The translations under genes and the position numbers were made by a program. 64,000 bases of DNA from contig CAVYLP010000001.1 of NCBI GenBank assembly GCA_963769425.1, positions 224,001-288,000 of the forward strand. The letters are read 5' to 3'. The notes under the pieces are model-generated. The model was not told the DNA's origin. It did not search any database and saw nothing but the letters and a program-made list of their open reading frames with translations. This DNA is from Candidatus Bathyarchaeota archaeon. GTDB lineage: Archaea > Thermoproteota > Bathyarchaeia > TCS64. This document shows positions 1 to 10,282 of the stretch, piece by piece (the stretch's first letter is position 1; the number at the start of each line of letters is the position of its first letter).

Positions 1-917
1 TTGGCCTGGACCTCTAAAACCTTCCCAAAGTTGGGCTTGATGATGTCGATGAATCGACGTGTCTTAGCGGTCACTCGTTCGCCCTCGGCGGGGTCTAGGA
101 GGAAGACAGCGCACAAAGTCTTAAGCAGTTCCTTATCGGCCTCCCCTGCAACGATTGCGTTGTGGAACGCCTCCGGGATGAAGCTCGACCCAGCGGGCGT
201 CTTCCCGTTCTCATTGAGTTGTGTGTTCCACCGGTAGGCTACCGCTTCGTGGATTCGGCTCCCGTAGACGAGCGGAACGTAACCGCGTAGTTCCGTGGCA
301 AGCTTCTTGGCGGGGTTCGACCACTGGGGCGTCTCGGGGCGCATCTCCTCGCGCATCGCATTCAACACGTCGATTGCCTCCCTAACCTCCCACCACGAGT
401 CCTGTGCTATCCCCGCCTTCTTCGCTGCTACGACAAGCGAGAGAAACTGGTGGGCGATGGCAGCACGTGGCTGGAACCCTGCAGGGAGTTTGAAGGTCGT
501 GATGCGGGCTGCCTTAGCCCTCTTCCCAAGCTCGCCCCCGGAGGTGAAGGCAACAATCTTCGCTCCCTTAACCCTCCCCTCCTCGAAGGCGCTCAACGTC
601 TCCTCAGTCCCCCCCGAGTAACTGACTACGAAGAGGAGCGTGTCCCTCCCTACAAAGCCGGGGAGTGAGTAGTCGCGCGAGACTACGATTGGGACCTTTG
701 ATGTCTGTTGCAGCCAATCCCTGAGTAGGAGGCCTCCGACTGCGGAGCCCCCCATACCCGCGACTACAAGATTCCTGAACCGACGAACCCTAAGGTTCAC
801 CTTCTCCGCGACTTCTATGGCGTCCACCGCGCTCTCAGGGAGGGCGGTAATAACGTCAAGCATCCCACGCGGGTCAACGCGTCCGATGTGGTTCAGGTCG
901 TCTAGAGGAGCATCCAT
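1..917 (-). CDS. Bifunctional phosphoglucose/phosphomannose isomerase (SIS family), 3' end outside window
   Basis: Manual translation from ATG 917: MDAPLDDLNHIGRVDPRGML...VVAGMGGSAVGG...VSYSGGTEET...QPRAA...QLNENGK...PEAFHN. Absent from the ORF track because there is no stop in the window. Confidence 0.9.
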   Translation of the reverse strand, partial: MDAPLDDLNHIGRVDPRGMLDVITALPESAVDAIEVAEKVNLRVRRFRNLVVAGMGGSAVGGLLLRDWLQQTSKVPIVVSRDYSLPGFVGRDTLLFVVSYSGGTEETLSAFEEGRVKGAKIVAFTSGGELGKRAKAARITTFKLPAGFQPRAAIAHQFLSLVVAAKKAGIAQDSWWEVREAIDVLNAMREEMRPETPQWSNPAKKLATELRGYVPLVYGSRIHEAVAYRWNTQLNENGKTPAGSSFIPEAFHNAIVAGEADKELLKTLCAVFLLDPAEGERVTAKTRRFIDIIKPNFGKVLEVQA

Positions 918-958
918 GGGGGATGAGTTGGCGAAATCAGTGTTTAAACTTGGCTGGG

Positions 959-2165
959 CTACCCGCACACTCTGCTGGGCCACCGCGGCGTAGACCTCGA
1001 TGGTCTTGAGGTAATCCTCGACCTTGACGTGGTCCATCTCGGTGTGGGCAAACCTCTCCTCACCGGGGCCGAAGCCTATCACGGGGATCCCGAGCCAGCT
1101 GTAGAATCGTCCATCGGTCGCGAATGTCCACGTCTTCCTTTTCGGATCCTTCCTAAGGGTATCCTTGATGACGGCCTCCGCCTCCCCCACGACCGTGTAT
1201 GTCTCGGGGTCAGTGTAGAAGCCGGTGAAGCTCCTCTGCCCGTTTATTATCGGTGAGGGAAGGACACTTGCCTTGAACTCTGGGTCCCTCTCGGACTGAT
1301 CCTTGATCATAGCTTGGAGGTCGTGATAGAGCTGCTCGGCTGGGTAGTTGGGGGTGTTGCGGCAGTCGACGTAGAATCGGCACTCCTCGGGGACGACGTT
1401 GAAAGCGCCGGGCTTGACTTCGATCATCGTCATAGCTAGGCTCGTCTTTCCGTAGAGGGGGTCGGTTGGGAGCCTCGGGATCAGTTCGTTCCTGATCCTG
1501 GTCATCAGGTCGGTTGCCTTGTAGAGGGCGTTTATCCCCCTCTCGGGGGCGCTCGCGTGGCAGCTCCTCCCCCTGACTACTACACTCATCTTCATTGAGC
1601 CCCTGTGGCCGAGTGCTAGGTCCATGTTTGTCGCCTCCCCGATGAGGACGACGTCGGCGAGGAATTGGTTCTCATCTATCGTAGATATGGTGCCGGCTCC
1701 GCCGACCTCCTCCTGCGTCACTGCGGCGACCTTGTAGTCACCCTTGAGCTTGACCCCCGCGTCCCTGAAGTAAGCGCCAGCCATCACCATCGCGGCGACC
1801 CCCGCCTTCATGTCGCAGGCAGCCCGCCCGTAGACGACCTCCCCCGCCGTCCCAAAGGATGCGCCGTCCATAAGCTTCGCCGAGTAGGGATCTACCATGT
1901 CCCCGACAGGCACGTGGTCTATGTGCCCATTCATCAGGAGGCTGCGCCCACCGCCAGAGCCCCTCAGCACACCCATGGCGTCGCCGAGGGTGTCAACCTT
2001 CGCGGTGTCGAAACCCGCGACACGCATCGCCTCCGCCACCCTCTCCCCGCACGCCTTCTCATACCCACTCAGACTTGGTACTCTGATGAACTCCTGTAGG
2101 AGCTGAATCGCTTCGTTCCTATGATCCTTGACCCAATCACCTATCGAACCAGCCAAACTGGTCAC
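959..2165 (-). CDS. M20/DapE-ArgE family metallopeptidase (YgeY-like)
   Basis: Manual translation from GTG 2165: NGHIDHV, YGRAACDMK, QEE, GEAT, GRSCHAS, WTFATDG, GFGPG...AHT. As written it reads in frame into the pgi/pmi gene. The likely true stop is TAG 959-961 after a 1-nt indel. Confidence 0.85.
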
Positions 2166-2236
2166 TTGGGAGGAAAAACAACTGGCACGGTTAAAAGAGG
2201 TTCGTCAACAAGCGTTAAACAAGGAATAAGCGATTT

Positions 2237-4267
2237 TTAAACGAGACCGCTGAATATGGTCTCAGCCATCTGCCTGATGATGCTCAGGTACTTTACAGCG
2301 TCCGGTTTCGCTCTGCCCAACTTCACCGGTTTGACCCTGCGGAACTGATTCGAGTTCCCCGCATCCACGTAGAGGTAATCGACGAGGTCTCCCGACCCGA
2401 CCCTCAAGTGGTTCATGTTGAGTGCGTTCGCCGCCGTCACGTGGCCGCCGTGGGAGATGTATTCGCCGATATCCCTGCTGAGCACCTTCGATATCTTAAG
2501 CTCCTCGGCGGGCACATCCCCTCTCTCGATCCGCCTGCACGCGTCGTCCACAACCCGCTGCGCACTCTCCCTGCCGACAGTAAGCATCTCCTCGCGTGAG
2601 CCACATCCCATCAATGCCTCCATCATCTTCCTCTGGATGTGCGAAACGAATGGCGGCGTGTCGTGCCTCCTAAGCTCCACGCCGCGGCACTCTATCTCAC
2701 CCGCCGTGGTTACGCCGTAGTATCGGTTCACCGCACCGACCCTGGCACCAGACTTCTGGGGTAGCAGCGCCAGATACCTGAACACGTGCTCCACCGCCAT
2801 GGGGAGCCCCGTCATCTGCGCGATCCCCGCCGCCAGCGCCTCGTAATCCTCCCCCGTCGCGCCCGGGCGGGTGAGAAAGAGGCTGTCAGAGTTGCCGTAA
2901 AGAGTTCTGAACCCGTGTTCGTTCGCAAACGTCATGGCCACCGTCAAGGCCGAGCGCGCCTGCCGATTGATCTCCATGAAGGTGTCCATGCTTCCGAAGC
3001 GGTTCGCGAAGCATCCGCTGTAGCCGTATATGACGACGAGGTTCTCCTTCAGTGCCGTCTGCCGCTCCTCGCACCACAGCCACTCCTCCGAGCCCTTCAC
3101 CAGCTCGCGGCGCCTGTGCTTGAAGTATAGGCGGCGGGTCAGGGCGTCACGGGTGAAGCCCGATATGAAGCCCTCCTCGTCTCCGACGTCGCCGGTGGTC
3201 TCGTAGCTCACGTTGCGCCGGACGATGATGTTGGGAAACATGCTCTCGAAGTCGAGCAGCGCAACGTTCTCGTGCAGCCCCACCGTCGGCGCGAGTATGA
3301 GCCCACCCTTGTCCTGCTCCAGCAGCTTCCCCAGACTCATCACCGGCTGATAGTCTGCCGCGCGTGGCACGAGTATGCCGTGCCTCCGCGCCTCGTAGCA
3401 CTGCCTCGAGTCGATGCACTTACCCGCGGCCCAGTCCGCGCAGAGCCTGAGCGGGACCTTTGTGAACATCGACCGCTCCACCAGCCCGGCGAAGCCGAGA
3501 CGATCCCACGCGCGGGGTTCGACGTGCATCCTCCCGCCGAATAGCTCGACCTCGGAGCCCGCGAGCCGCCCGAAGCGCCTTCCCCCATAGACACGTCCGA
3601 GGTGGATGACCAATCGGAGCGACGCCACGCTTGCACGTATAATGTCGGGGTCCTCGTCGGCGAAGTAGTCAAGGAAGTCGCGGAAGACGCTCTCCGCATC
3701 GCCGTCGAAGGTGTATGCCGGCTTCATAAGCCGGTCGAGGACAACGATAGAGCCGCGGCCCCCCGATGCATCAGCCTCGAAGCTCAACACGTGTAACGGC
3801 GGTGGCTCGGCGTCCAAGCCCAGATCGGCGGCGTGGATCGATCTTATCACGTCCTCGCAGTCGGACTCGACGGCTATGGCTTCGAACGGCGTCAGCCCCC
3901 TCTCGCTGAGATACCTTAACTCGTGGCCTACATCGACATCGTAGACCCGTGCCACGAGTGGGAGACGCTCCACCAACCGTGAGACCTCGTGAAAAGCGTC
4001 GACGCCTCGCGCTCTGATCCTCAGCACAGTCGACTCCGCATCCCGTCGTATGGTAGAGACCCGCTTAACGACTGCAACGTCTCGGATGCCTGGATGCTCC
4101 TCCACCGCCGCCTTCAGGTCCTCGACGGCGACGCCTCTCGGCTCGGCGTAGAAGTCCGGGTGATAGGGGTCTAGGAGCTTCACCCTCCCCAGCTCCGGGT
4201 CCCTGACCCAGAGCACGGCCCGCCCCTCCTCAAACCCGACGTCCAGCAGCCAGCCGTCAACCAGCAT
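2237..4267 (-). CDS. polB2: Family B DNA polymerase, PolB2-type (degenerate exonuclease, altered motif C)
   Basis: Motif A LLDFESMFPNII, motif B RQTALKENLVVIYGYSG, motif C YGNSDSLF (Asn for the first Asp of YGDTDS), NRYYG, RGVELRRHDTP. Confidence 0.85.
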   Translation of the reverse strand: MLVDGWLLDVGFEEGRAVLWVRDPELGRVKLLDPYHPDFYAEPRGVAVEDLKAAVEEHPGIRDVAVVKRVSTIRRDAESTVLRIRARGVDAFHEVSRLVERLPLVARVYDVDVGHELRYLSERGLTPFEAIAVESDCEDVIRSIHAADLGLDAEPPPLHVLSFEADASGGRGSIVVLDRLMKPAYTFDGDAESVFRDFLDYFADEDPDIIRASVASLRLVIHLGRVYGGRRFGRLAGSEVELFGGRMHVEPRAWDRLGFAGLVERSMFTKVPLRLCADWAAGKCIDSRQCYEARRHGILVPRAADYQPVMSLGKLLEQDKGGLILAPTVGLHENVALLDFESMFPNIIVRRNVSYETTGDVGDEEGFISGFTRDALTRRLYFKHRRRELVKGSEEWLWCEERQTALKENLVVIYGYSGCFANRFGSMDTFMEINRQARSALTVAMTFANEHGFRTLYGNSDSLFLTRPGATGEDYEALAAGIAQMTGLPMAVEHVFRYLALLPQKSGARVGAVNRYYGVTTAGEIECRGVELRRHDTPPFVSHIQRKMMEALMGCGSREEMLTVGRESAQRVVDDACRRIERGDVPAEELKISKVLSRDIGEYISHGGHVTAANALNMNHLRVGSGDLVDYLYVDAGNSNQFRRVKPVKLGRAKPDAVKYLSIIRQMAETIFSGLV

Positions 4268-5279
4268 CCTTCCGGCCCCCCCTGCGTTTCAGTTCTTCTA
4301 TCTCCCGCCGGTTGTCGACTATGGCGGTGAGCAGCAGGAGGTCGAGACCGGAAACCATGTCGCTGTTGATCATCGCGCCCTGCTCGTCCGCCCACACCGG
4401 CCACAGCGCATCGAACGCCTCCCTCCTCCCCCCGTCCTTCAGCGTGGCCCTGTACTTCTCCCTGAGTTTGACCATCTGCTCCTGCAGCAATGTCCTCATC
4501 GAATCGCTAGTTATCCTTCCCAATCCTCTGTAGCCTCCCAACTCCACTCTCCTCCCGACCCGCGCCCTGTCGAAGTGCTTCACGAGATAGGCAGATGCAC
4601 CGCTGGGGCTCGCGCGCAGGTAAACGATCACGTTGGCCAGGTGTGTCAGGTAGCCGCTGGCCTCGGGCTCCGGCACGGGGGCGTCGCGGCCGCTGTCCCT
4701 GCACGACGCGATTATAGGTATATCCCGTTCGAGGCCGAGCCTCTTCAGCCGCGACGCCATGCCCCCGAGGTCCCCGCGATGGACACCCTGCACGAGGGGC
4801 GTCCCCGTAAACATCTTCGCTATCTGTTGCACCGTTATCGCGGAGACGCCACCTATGCGGCCCACGAGCTCCTCCGTCAGCTCCGCTGCCCGCACCTGAT
4901 GGCGCTCGGAGAAGGAGCCGATTACATGTATCCTGTTCAGGGCGCCGTTCACGCTCTGTCCCTCGGCGTCGAGGAGGTCTAGCAGCAACGTGGTGTCCAA
5001 AAGCGTGCGGGATCTGCGGTAGTTACCGCATACTAGGTGGACCGCTTTGCCATTGTCCCTGACGGCGTTGACAATTACGTGATGGAGGACCGCGTCGGCT
5101 AGGCGGCTTTTCTCAGTGCTGTAGAAGAGGTACATGAGGCCCGGCTCGAATCCGCCGGTCAGCTCGTCCAACGCCCCTATGTTTGACGCTAGAAGTTGCT
5201 TCTCCTCTCTCTGTTTTAGGAGCGAGGAGGCTGATAAGAAGGTGCCAGCTGTGGGCCTGACTTGCGCCTGAGAATCCAT
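4257..5279 (-). CDS. Degenerate RadA/RecA-like protein fused to a C-terminal arCOG07300-like domain
   Basis: SNIGALDELTGGFEPGLMYLFY resembles the RadA N-terminus but lacks an intact GxxxxGKT. The C-terminal GRITSDSMR...YRATL...AFDALW...EIEELK matches the small PolB2-associated protein pattern. Overlaps the polB2 start. Confidence 0.7.
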   Translation of the reverse strand: MDSQAQVRPTAGTFLSASSLLKQREEKQLLASNIGALDELTGGFEPGLMYLFYSTEKSRLADAVLHHVIVNAVRDNGKAVHLVCGNYRRSRTLLDTTLLLDLLDAEGQSVNGALNRIHVIGSFSERHQVRAAELTEELVGRIGGVSAITVQQIAKMFTGTPLVQGVHRGDLGGMASRLKRLGLERDIPIIASCRDSGRDAPVPEPEASGYLTHLANVIVYLRASPSGASAYLVKHFDRARVGRRVELGGYRGLGRITSDSMRTLLQEQMVKLREKYRATLKDGGRREAFDALWPVWADEQGAMINSDMVSGLDLLLLTAIVDNRREIEELKRRGGRKDAG

Positions 5280-5390
5280 GCAGCACTGGCACACGGATTT
5301 CCAGCCCATTTAAACGAGGCGCATGGTGGGTGAGGGGGGATGACTGAATGTCTTTGAAGCGTCGCGGCGGTTAAATCGACTTGACTGGTT

Positions 5391-5594
5391 CTACTTGTTG
5401 AGGTAGGCGGGGTCTTCCTCGACGGTTACGGCGTCCGTTGGGCAGGGCGCGACGCAGCTCATGCAGCAGACGCAGTCCTTCATGTGCGTCACCTCGACCC
5501 TGTCCCCGGTGTCCTCGTAGACCCCCCAGGGGCAGATGCTCACGCAGGTTTTACAGTAGGCGCACTTATCGTAGTCGATTGTGACCTTATGCAA
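5391..5594 (-). CDS. 2x[4Fe-4S] ferredoxin
   Basis: CAYCKTCVSICP and CVCCMSCVAPCP motifs; probable TTG start after GGAGAGG. Confidence 0.9.
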   Translation of the reverse strand: MHKVTIDYDKCAYCKTCVSICPWGVYEDTGDRVEVTHMKDCVCCMSCVAPCPTDAVTVEEDPAYLNK

Positions 5595-5929
5595 CTTGCT
5601 CGCCTCTCCTCGGAGAGGAGACACTGAGATATAAATCTCCACCGGGCGGGCACGTGTTCTTTGGGTTTTGATCGTAGCCCAGAGAGACCAACTAGTCCCA
5701 TCCCCTGAAGAAGCACTTTAAAGAGCCCAATATTTATGGAAAGATGGATGTGTCCGTCGCCAGCATCCGCTGTAAAATGCCCAGAAAAAAACCTCAAACT
5801 ACGAAACCGGCTAAAATAATTAAAAATGCTGCGGCGGCGAAAGCACTCCCTCGCCCTACCCACGCACGCTCCGAGTAAGCGGTTAAATCCCCGAACCACC
5901 AACACAGACACCAACACGGAGGCAAACCA

Positions 5930-7309
5930 ATGAACAGAGCCCACCCGTACCTACCAAACAGCGTACCAGAGATCAAGGAAAAGATGCTCGAAGAGATAGG
6001 CGTCGACACCATCGACGATCTATACGTCAACATCCCCGAGAAGCTCCGCTTCAAGGGCGAGCTACAGGTCCCTGGCCCCTATACGGAGCAGGAGGTCAAG
6101 AAACTCGTCTCCGACACACTGGAGAGGAACACCCCCCTTAAGTGCGCGCCCTTTCTGGGCGGGGGAGTCTGGCCCCACTACGTCCCGAGCGTTGTGGACG
6201 AGGTCGTTCACCGCGCCGAGTTCCTAACTAGCTATACCCCTTACCAACCCGAGATAAGCCAGGGCATGCTACAGAGCATATTCGAGTACCAGAGCCTAAT
6301 TTGCGAACTCGTCGACATGGCCGTCGCCAACGCCAGCATGTACGACTGGAGCAGCGCCCTCGGGGAGGCCGCTCTCCTCTCCAGCAGGCTCAACCACAAG
6401 GAGACGGTCCTCGTCCCCAGCTTCATCAGCCCTGCCCGCCTCGCCGTCCTCAAGACCTACACCGGACCAGCCGGAATGCACATTGAGAAGGTCAACCACG
6501 ACACAGAAACAGGCATGATGGACCTCGAGGACCTTAAGGCGAAGGTCGATGACAAGACCGCGGCCGTCTACGTCGAGACACCCAGCTACCTCGGTTTCGC
6601 CGAGGAGAACGTTCAAGCCATCGGCGAGATAGCACATGAAAAGAAGGCAATCTACATCACGGGAGTCGACCCGATCAGCCTCGGCCTCCTCAGCACACCG
6701 GGCAGCTACGGGGCAGACGTCGTCGTCGGGGAGGGTCAGCCACTCGGCAACCACATGAGCTACGGTGGACCTCTCCTCGGCATCTTTGCATGCAACCACG
6801 ACAACGCCATAATCCGCCAGATGCCAGGCCGCATCATCGGAGTAACTGAGGCGATCGCCGACAAGCGTCGCGCCTTCGTCATGACCCTCCAGACCCGCGA
6901 GCAGCACATCCGCCGCGAGAAGGCGACCAGCAACATCTGCAGCAACGAGGCGCTCTGCAGCGTCGCGAGCGCCACCTACCTCAGCCTACTCGGCCCCAAT
7001 GGCCTAAAGGACCTCGCTGAGACCTGCACAAGCAGGGCGCACTACGCCATCCGCAGAATAAACGACCTCGAAGGTGTCAAGACACCTGTCTTCAGTTCCT
7101 ACCACTTCAAGGAGTTCACGGTCAAGTACGAGAAGAAGAAGGCGGCTGACGTCAACAAGGTACTTCTCAACCACGGTTACCAGGGTGGTAAGCCCCTCAA
7201 AGGGGAGTTCCCGGAGCTGGGGGAGTCAGCTCTCTTCTGCGTCACCGAGATGCATACTAAGAAGGACATAGATGGCCTCGTGGTCGCGCTCAAGGAGGCG
7301 AACCAGTGA
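5930..7309 (+). CDS. gcvPA: Glycine dehydrogenase (decarboxylating) subunit 1
   Basis: EFLTSYTPYQPEISQGMLQ, NASMYD, TLQTREQHIRREKATSNICSN. Confidence 0.97.
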   Translation: MNRAHPYLPNSVPEIKEKMLEEIGVDTIDDLYVNIPEKLRFKGELQVPGPYTEQEVKKLVSDTLERNTPLKCAPFLGGGVWPHYVPSVVDEVVHRAEFLTSYTPYQPEISQGMLQSIFEYQSLICELVDMAVANASMYDWSSALGEAALLSSRLNHKETVLVPSFISPARLAVLKTYTGPAGMHIEKVNHDTETGMMDLEDLKAKVDDKTAAVYVETPSYLGFAEENVQAIGEIAHEKKAIYITGVDPISLGLLSTPGSYGADVVVGEGQPLGNHMSYGGPLLGIFACNHDNAIIRQMPGRIIGVTEAIADKRRAFVMTLQTREQHIRREKATSNICSNEALCSVASATYLSLLGPNGLKDLAETCTSRAHYAIRRINDLEGVKTPVFSSYHFKEFTVKYEKKKAADVNKVLLNHGYQGGKPLKGEFPELGESALFCVTEMHTKKDIDGLVVALKEANQ

Positions 7310-8844
7310 TGACCGTGCGCAAATTCAGGCAGGCTGACTGGGATGAGCCCCTCGTATTCGAGCTCAGCCACGAAGGCAGGTACGGCTTCCACCCGCCGGA
7401 GGCGGAGGAGGAGATAAAGGATGAGGTGAATGTGGAGTGGCTCGTACCCCAGGGTATCATGAGGGAGAAACCTCCAGGACTACCCGAGATAAGCGAGATG
7501 GAGGTACTCCGCCACTACATACACCTCAGCCAGATGAACTACGGCGTCAACAGCGGCCTCATCTACCCCCTCGGCAGCTGCACCATGAAGTACAACCCGA
7601 TAATCAACGAGGTACTCGCGGGGCATCCGAGTCTAACCGAGGCACACCCAGACCAAGACCCATCAACCGTCCAGGGAGTCCTCGAGTTCCTCTACAAGCT
7701 GAAGCAGGGCTACCTCTCAGTCACAGGGATGGATGACGCGACCCTGCAGCCGGCTGCCGGCGCCCACGGTGAGTGGACGGGCATCATGCTCATCCGTGCC
7801 TACCATCAGGACCGCGGGGAGCTGGCTCAGCGTACCGAGATCATTGTCCCGGACAGCGCCCATGGAACGAATCCCGCAAGCGCTGCGATGGGCGGCTTCA
7901 AGATAGTCGAGGTGCCATCAACCCCGGAGGGTATAGTCAACCTCGAAGCACTCAGGACTGCGGTCGGCCCGCAGACCGCTGGGCTGATGCTCACGAACCC
8001 TAACACCTTGGGCATCTTCGACCACCAGATCGCGGAGATCGCCGAGATCGTGCACAAGGCGGGTGGCCTCATGTACTACGACGGTGCGAACCTAAACGCA
8101 ATCATGGGCAAGTGCCGCCCAGGCGACATGGGATTCGATGTCGTCCACGTCAACCTACACAAGACCTTCAGCACCCCCCACGGGGGAGGCGGCCCAGGCA
8201 GCGGCCCGGTCGGCTGCAAGGCGATCCTCGCCAAGTACCTCCCCGTCCCCGACATCGTCTACAAGGACGGCAAGTACGCCCTCAGCTACGACAAGCCGAA
8301 GAGCATCGGAAAGGTCCACGGCTACTACGGCAACGTCAACGTCATACTCAAGGCGTATGCCTACATGATCACGATGGGCCCAGATGGGCTACGTGAGGCC
8401 TCGGAGCTCAGCGTCCTGAACGCCAACTATATCGCCCGGAAACTCATGAACACTAAAGGTCTAAGTCTACCATTTGCACCCGAGAAGCCCCGCATGCACG
8501 AGGCGGTGCTGAGTGCCGAGAAGCTAAGTATCGACACTGGTGTGCGCGCCCTGAATGTGGCGAAGAATCTCCTCGACAGCGGTCAGCACGCCTCCACTAT
8601 CTACTTCCCATTGATCGTCCACGAGGCCCTCATGGTGGAGCCGACCGAGACGGAGCCAGTTGAGGCGCTCGATGACTTCATCGAGGTGGTGAAGAGTACG
8701 TGCGAGTTGGCCTATACGAACCCGGCTGAGGCCCTGAAGGCACCCGTGAACACGGTCGTGGGCAAGTTAGATGAGGCGAAGGCGGCGCACCCGAAGACGA
8801 TCTGCCTCAGCTGGCGGAAGCTCTGTCAACTAGTCGCTGAATGA
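7306..8844 (+). CDS. gcvPB: Glycine dehydrogenase (decarboxylating) subunit 2
   Basis: YPLGSCTMKYNP, QPAAGAHGE, HGTNPASA, HVNLHKTFSTPHGGGGPG (PLP lysine). Confidence 0.97.
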   Translation: MMTVRKFRQADWDEPLVFELSHEGRYGFHPPEAEEEIKDEVNVEWLVPQGIMREKPPGLPEISEMEVLRHYIHLSQMNYGVNSGLIYPLGSCTMKYNPIINEVLAGHPSLTEAHPDQDPSTVQGVLEFLYKLKQGYLSVTGMDDATLQPAAGAHGEWTGIMLIRAYHQDRGELAQRTEIIVPDSAHGTNPASAAMGGFKIVEVPSTPEGIVNLEALRTAVGPQTAGLMLTNPNTLGIFDHQIAEIAEIVHKAGGLMYYDGANLNAIMGKCRPGDMGFDVVHVNLHKTFSTPHGGGGPGSGPVGCKAILAKYLPVPDIVYKDGKYALSYDKPKSIGKVHGYYGNVNVILKAYAYMITMGPDGLREASELSVLNANYIARKLMNTKGLSLPFAPEKPRMHEAVLSAEKLSIDTGVRALNVAKNLLDSGQHASTIYFPLIVHEALMVEPTETEPVEALDDFIEVVKSTCELAYTNPAEALKAPVNTVVGKLDEAKAAHPKTICLSWRKLCQLVAE

Positions 8845-8891
8845 GAACAGTTTTTATCCCTAGGGCGCGGATAGGCGGGTAAGGATCGAAG

Positions 8892-9410
8892 ATGCTGCCT
8901 GCCTTGGTCTCTCAGGGACTTGATTTCCTAAAGACACCGCCGTTCGCCACATACGCTATCCTGGGCATAGCAGTCGCCCTCGGCCTGCTGACCAGCTTCG
9001 TCAACGCGAGGATGACGGACCTCAAGGCCTATAGGAGGATGATGCTTGACAGCGCCAAGGCTCAGCACCAGATGATGGAGGCGGCGAAGAGCGGAAACCA
9101 GAGGGCAATCGACAAGGCGCAGAAGAAGCAGCAGGAGGTCATGGGGCAGCAGAGCAAGATGAGCATGGACCGGCTCAAGATCAGCCTATTCTTCATGATA
9201 CCCTTCCTGCTAATCTGGCAGCTCCTCGGCAGCTTCTTCGGGAACATAATCATCGCCTACTTCCCCTTCCAGTTCCCATTCATCCCCACGGAACTCAGCG
9301 TAGCCAACTGGTACCTCCTCTGCAGCTTCTCGTCAAGTGTCATAATCAGCCGCCTCCTCGGCCTCACGTTCGAGATCGACCCCGAGGAGCGGAACGTAAA
9401 AGATGAGTAA
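8892..9410 (+). CDS. DUF106 / EMC3-TMCO1 (Oxa1 superfamily) membrane protein
   Basis: TM helix, coiled coil, TMs, WYLLCSF motif; usual position upstream of cmk. Confidence 0.85.
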   Translation: MLPALVSQGLDFLKTPPFATYAILGIAVALGLLTSFVNARMTDLKAYRRMMLDSAKAQHQMMEAAKSGNQRAIDKAQKKQQEVMGQQSKMSMDRLKISLFFMIPFLLIWQLLGSFFGNIIIAYFPFQFPFIPTELSVANWYLLCSFSSSVIISRLLGLTFEIDPEERNVKDE

Positions 9411-9948
9411 GCGAAAACTTGTTATAACTGTCGCGGGGCCCCACGGCTCCGGCAGGAGCACACAAGCGAGGAAGCTGGCTGAAATCTTCAACCTTAGATA
9501 CATCTCGACCGGAACCCTCTTCAGGGAAAAGGCGCAGCAGATGGGGGTCTCCCTCAGCGAGATGTCGAAGATTGCCGCTTCTGACGGCTCCTTCGACAGG
9601 CTCCTCGACAACCAGGCTAGGGATGAAACTAGGAAGGGCGGAGTCATTCTTGACGCTACATTGTCTGGTTGGGTCGCCGAGGACCCAGACATCCGTATCT
9701 ACCTGACGGCCCCACTTGATGTCCGCGTGAGGCGTATCGCCGAGAGGGAGAAGCGGAGCGCATTCGAGGTAGAGGAGGAGACGAGGCACCGGGAGGAGGT
9801 GGAGGTGGAGAGGTTCCGCCGCTACTACGGCTACGACATTACTGATCTTACTATATATGATGTCGTCCTTAACACGGCCATCGCGGGCGAGGAGGGTATC
9901 GCGAATATCCTTAAGAACGTGGTCGAAGCATACATGGGCGAAAGGTGA
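9403..9948 (+). CDS. cmk: Archaeal cytidylate kinase
   Basis: ITVAGPHGSGRST P-loop, ISTGTLFRE, APLDVRVRRIAERE, RRYYGYDI. Confidence 0.92.
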   Translation: MSKRKLVITVAGPHGSGRSTQARKLAEIFNLRYISTGTLFREKAQQMGVSLSEMSKIAASDGSFDRLLDNQARDETRKGGVILDATLSGWVAEDPDIRIYLTAPLDVRVRRIAEREKRSAFEVEEETRHREEVEVERFRRYYGYDITDLTIYDVVLNTAIAGEEGIANILKNVVEAYMGER

Positions 9949-10187
9949 GCATTGTGCCAGCATTCGAAGTCGGTAGAGTCTGCGTCAAGACCGCGGGTAG
10001 GGACTCGGGTAGACGCTGCGTTATAATCGACCTGATGGATAAGAACTTCGCCCTCGTGACGGGGCCGAAGAGTATCTCGGGTGTCCGGCGCCGTAGGGTT
10101 AACGTCAACCACCTCAAGCCCCTCGAGGAGAAGATCCAGATCGAGAAGGGCGCTACGGACGAGCAGATTGCTGCACTCCTCAAGTAA
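9945..10187 (+). CDS. rpl14e: 50S ribosomal protein L14e
   Basis: EVGRVCVKTAGRDSGRRCVIID..DKNFALVTGPK..GVRRRRVNVNHL. Confidence 0.96.
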   Translation: MSIVPAFEVGRVCVKTAGRDSGRRCVIIDLMDKNFALVTGPKSISGVRRRRVNVNHLKPLEEKIQIEKGATDEQIAALLK

Positions 10188-10282
10188 ATATTGCTAAATT
10201 CGAGCTGTATAAATAGTGATTATTATCTCATGTGCAGTCAACACTATTTAAATAAAAAGTAGTAAACGATGATCAGGAATGC

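Noticed and set aside
295-2106. Plus-strand ORFs in the first 2.1 kb, and the many similar antisense ORFs throughout the track
   Set aside because: They are shadow ORFs opposite well-supported genes in GC-rich sequence and carry no recognisable motifs.
5670-5760. Glycine riboswitch upstream of gcvPA (GAGAGACC...CTGAAGAAGCA)
   Set aside because: The downstream CTCTCAGG element and convincing stems are missing, and a TATA-like box lies closer to gcvPA.
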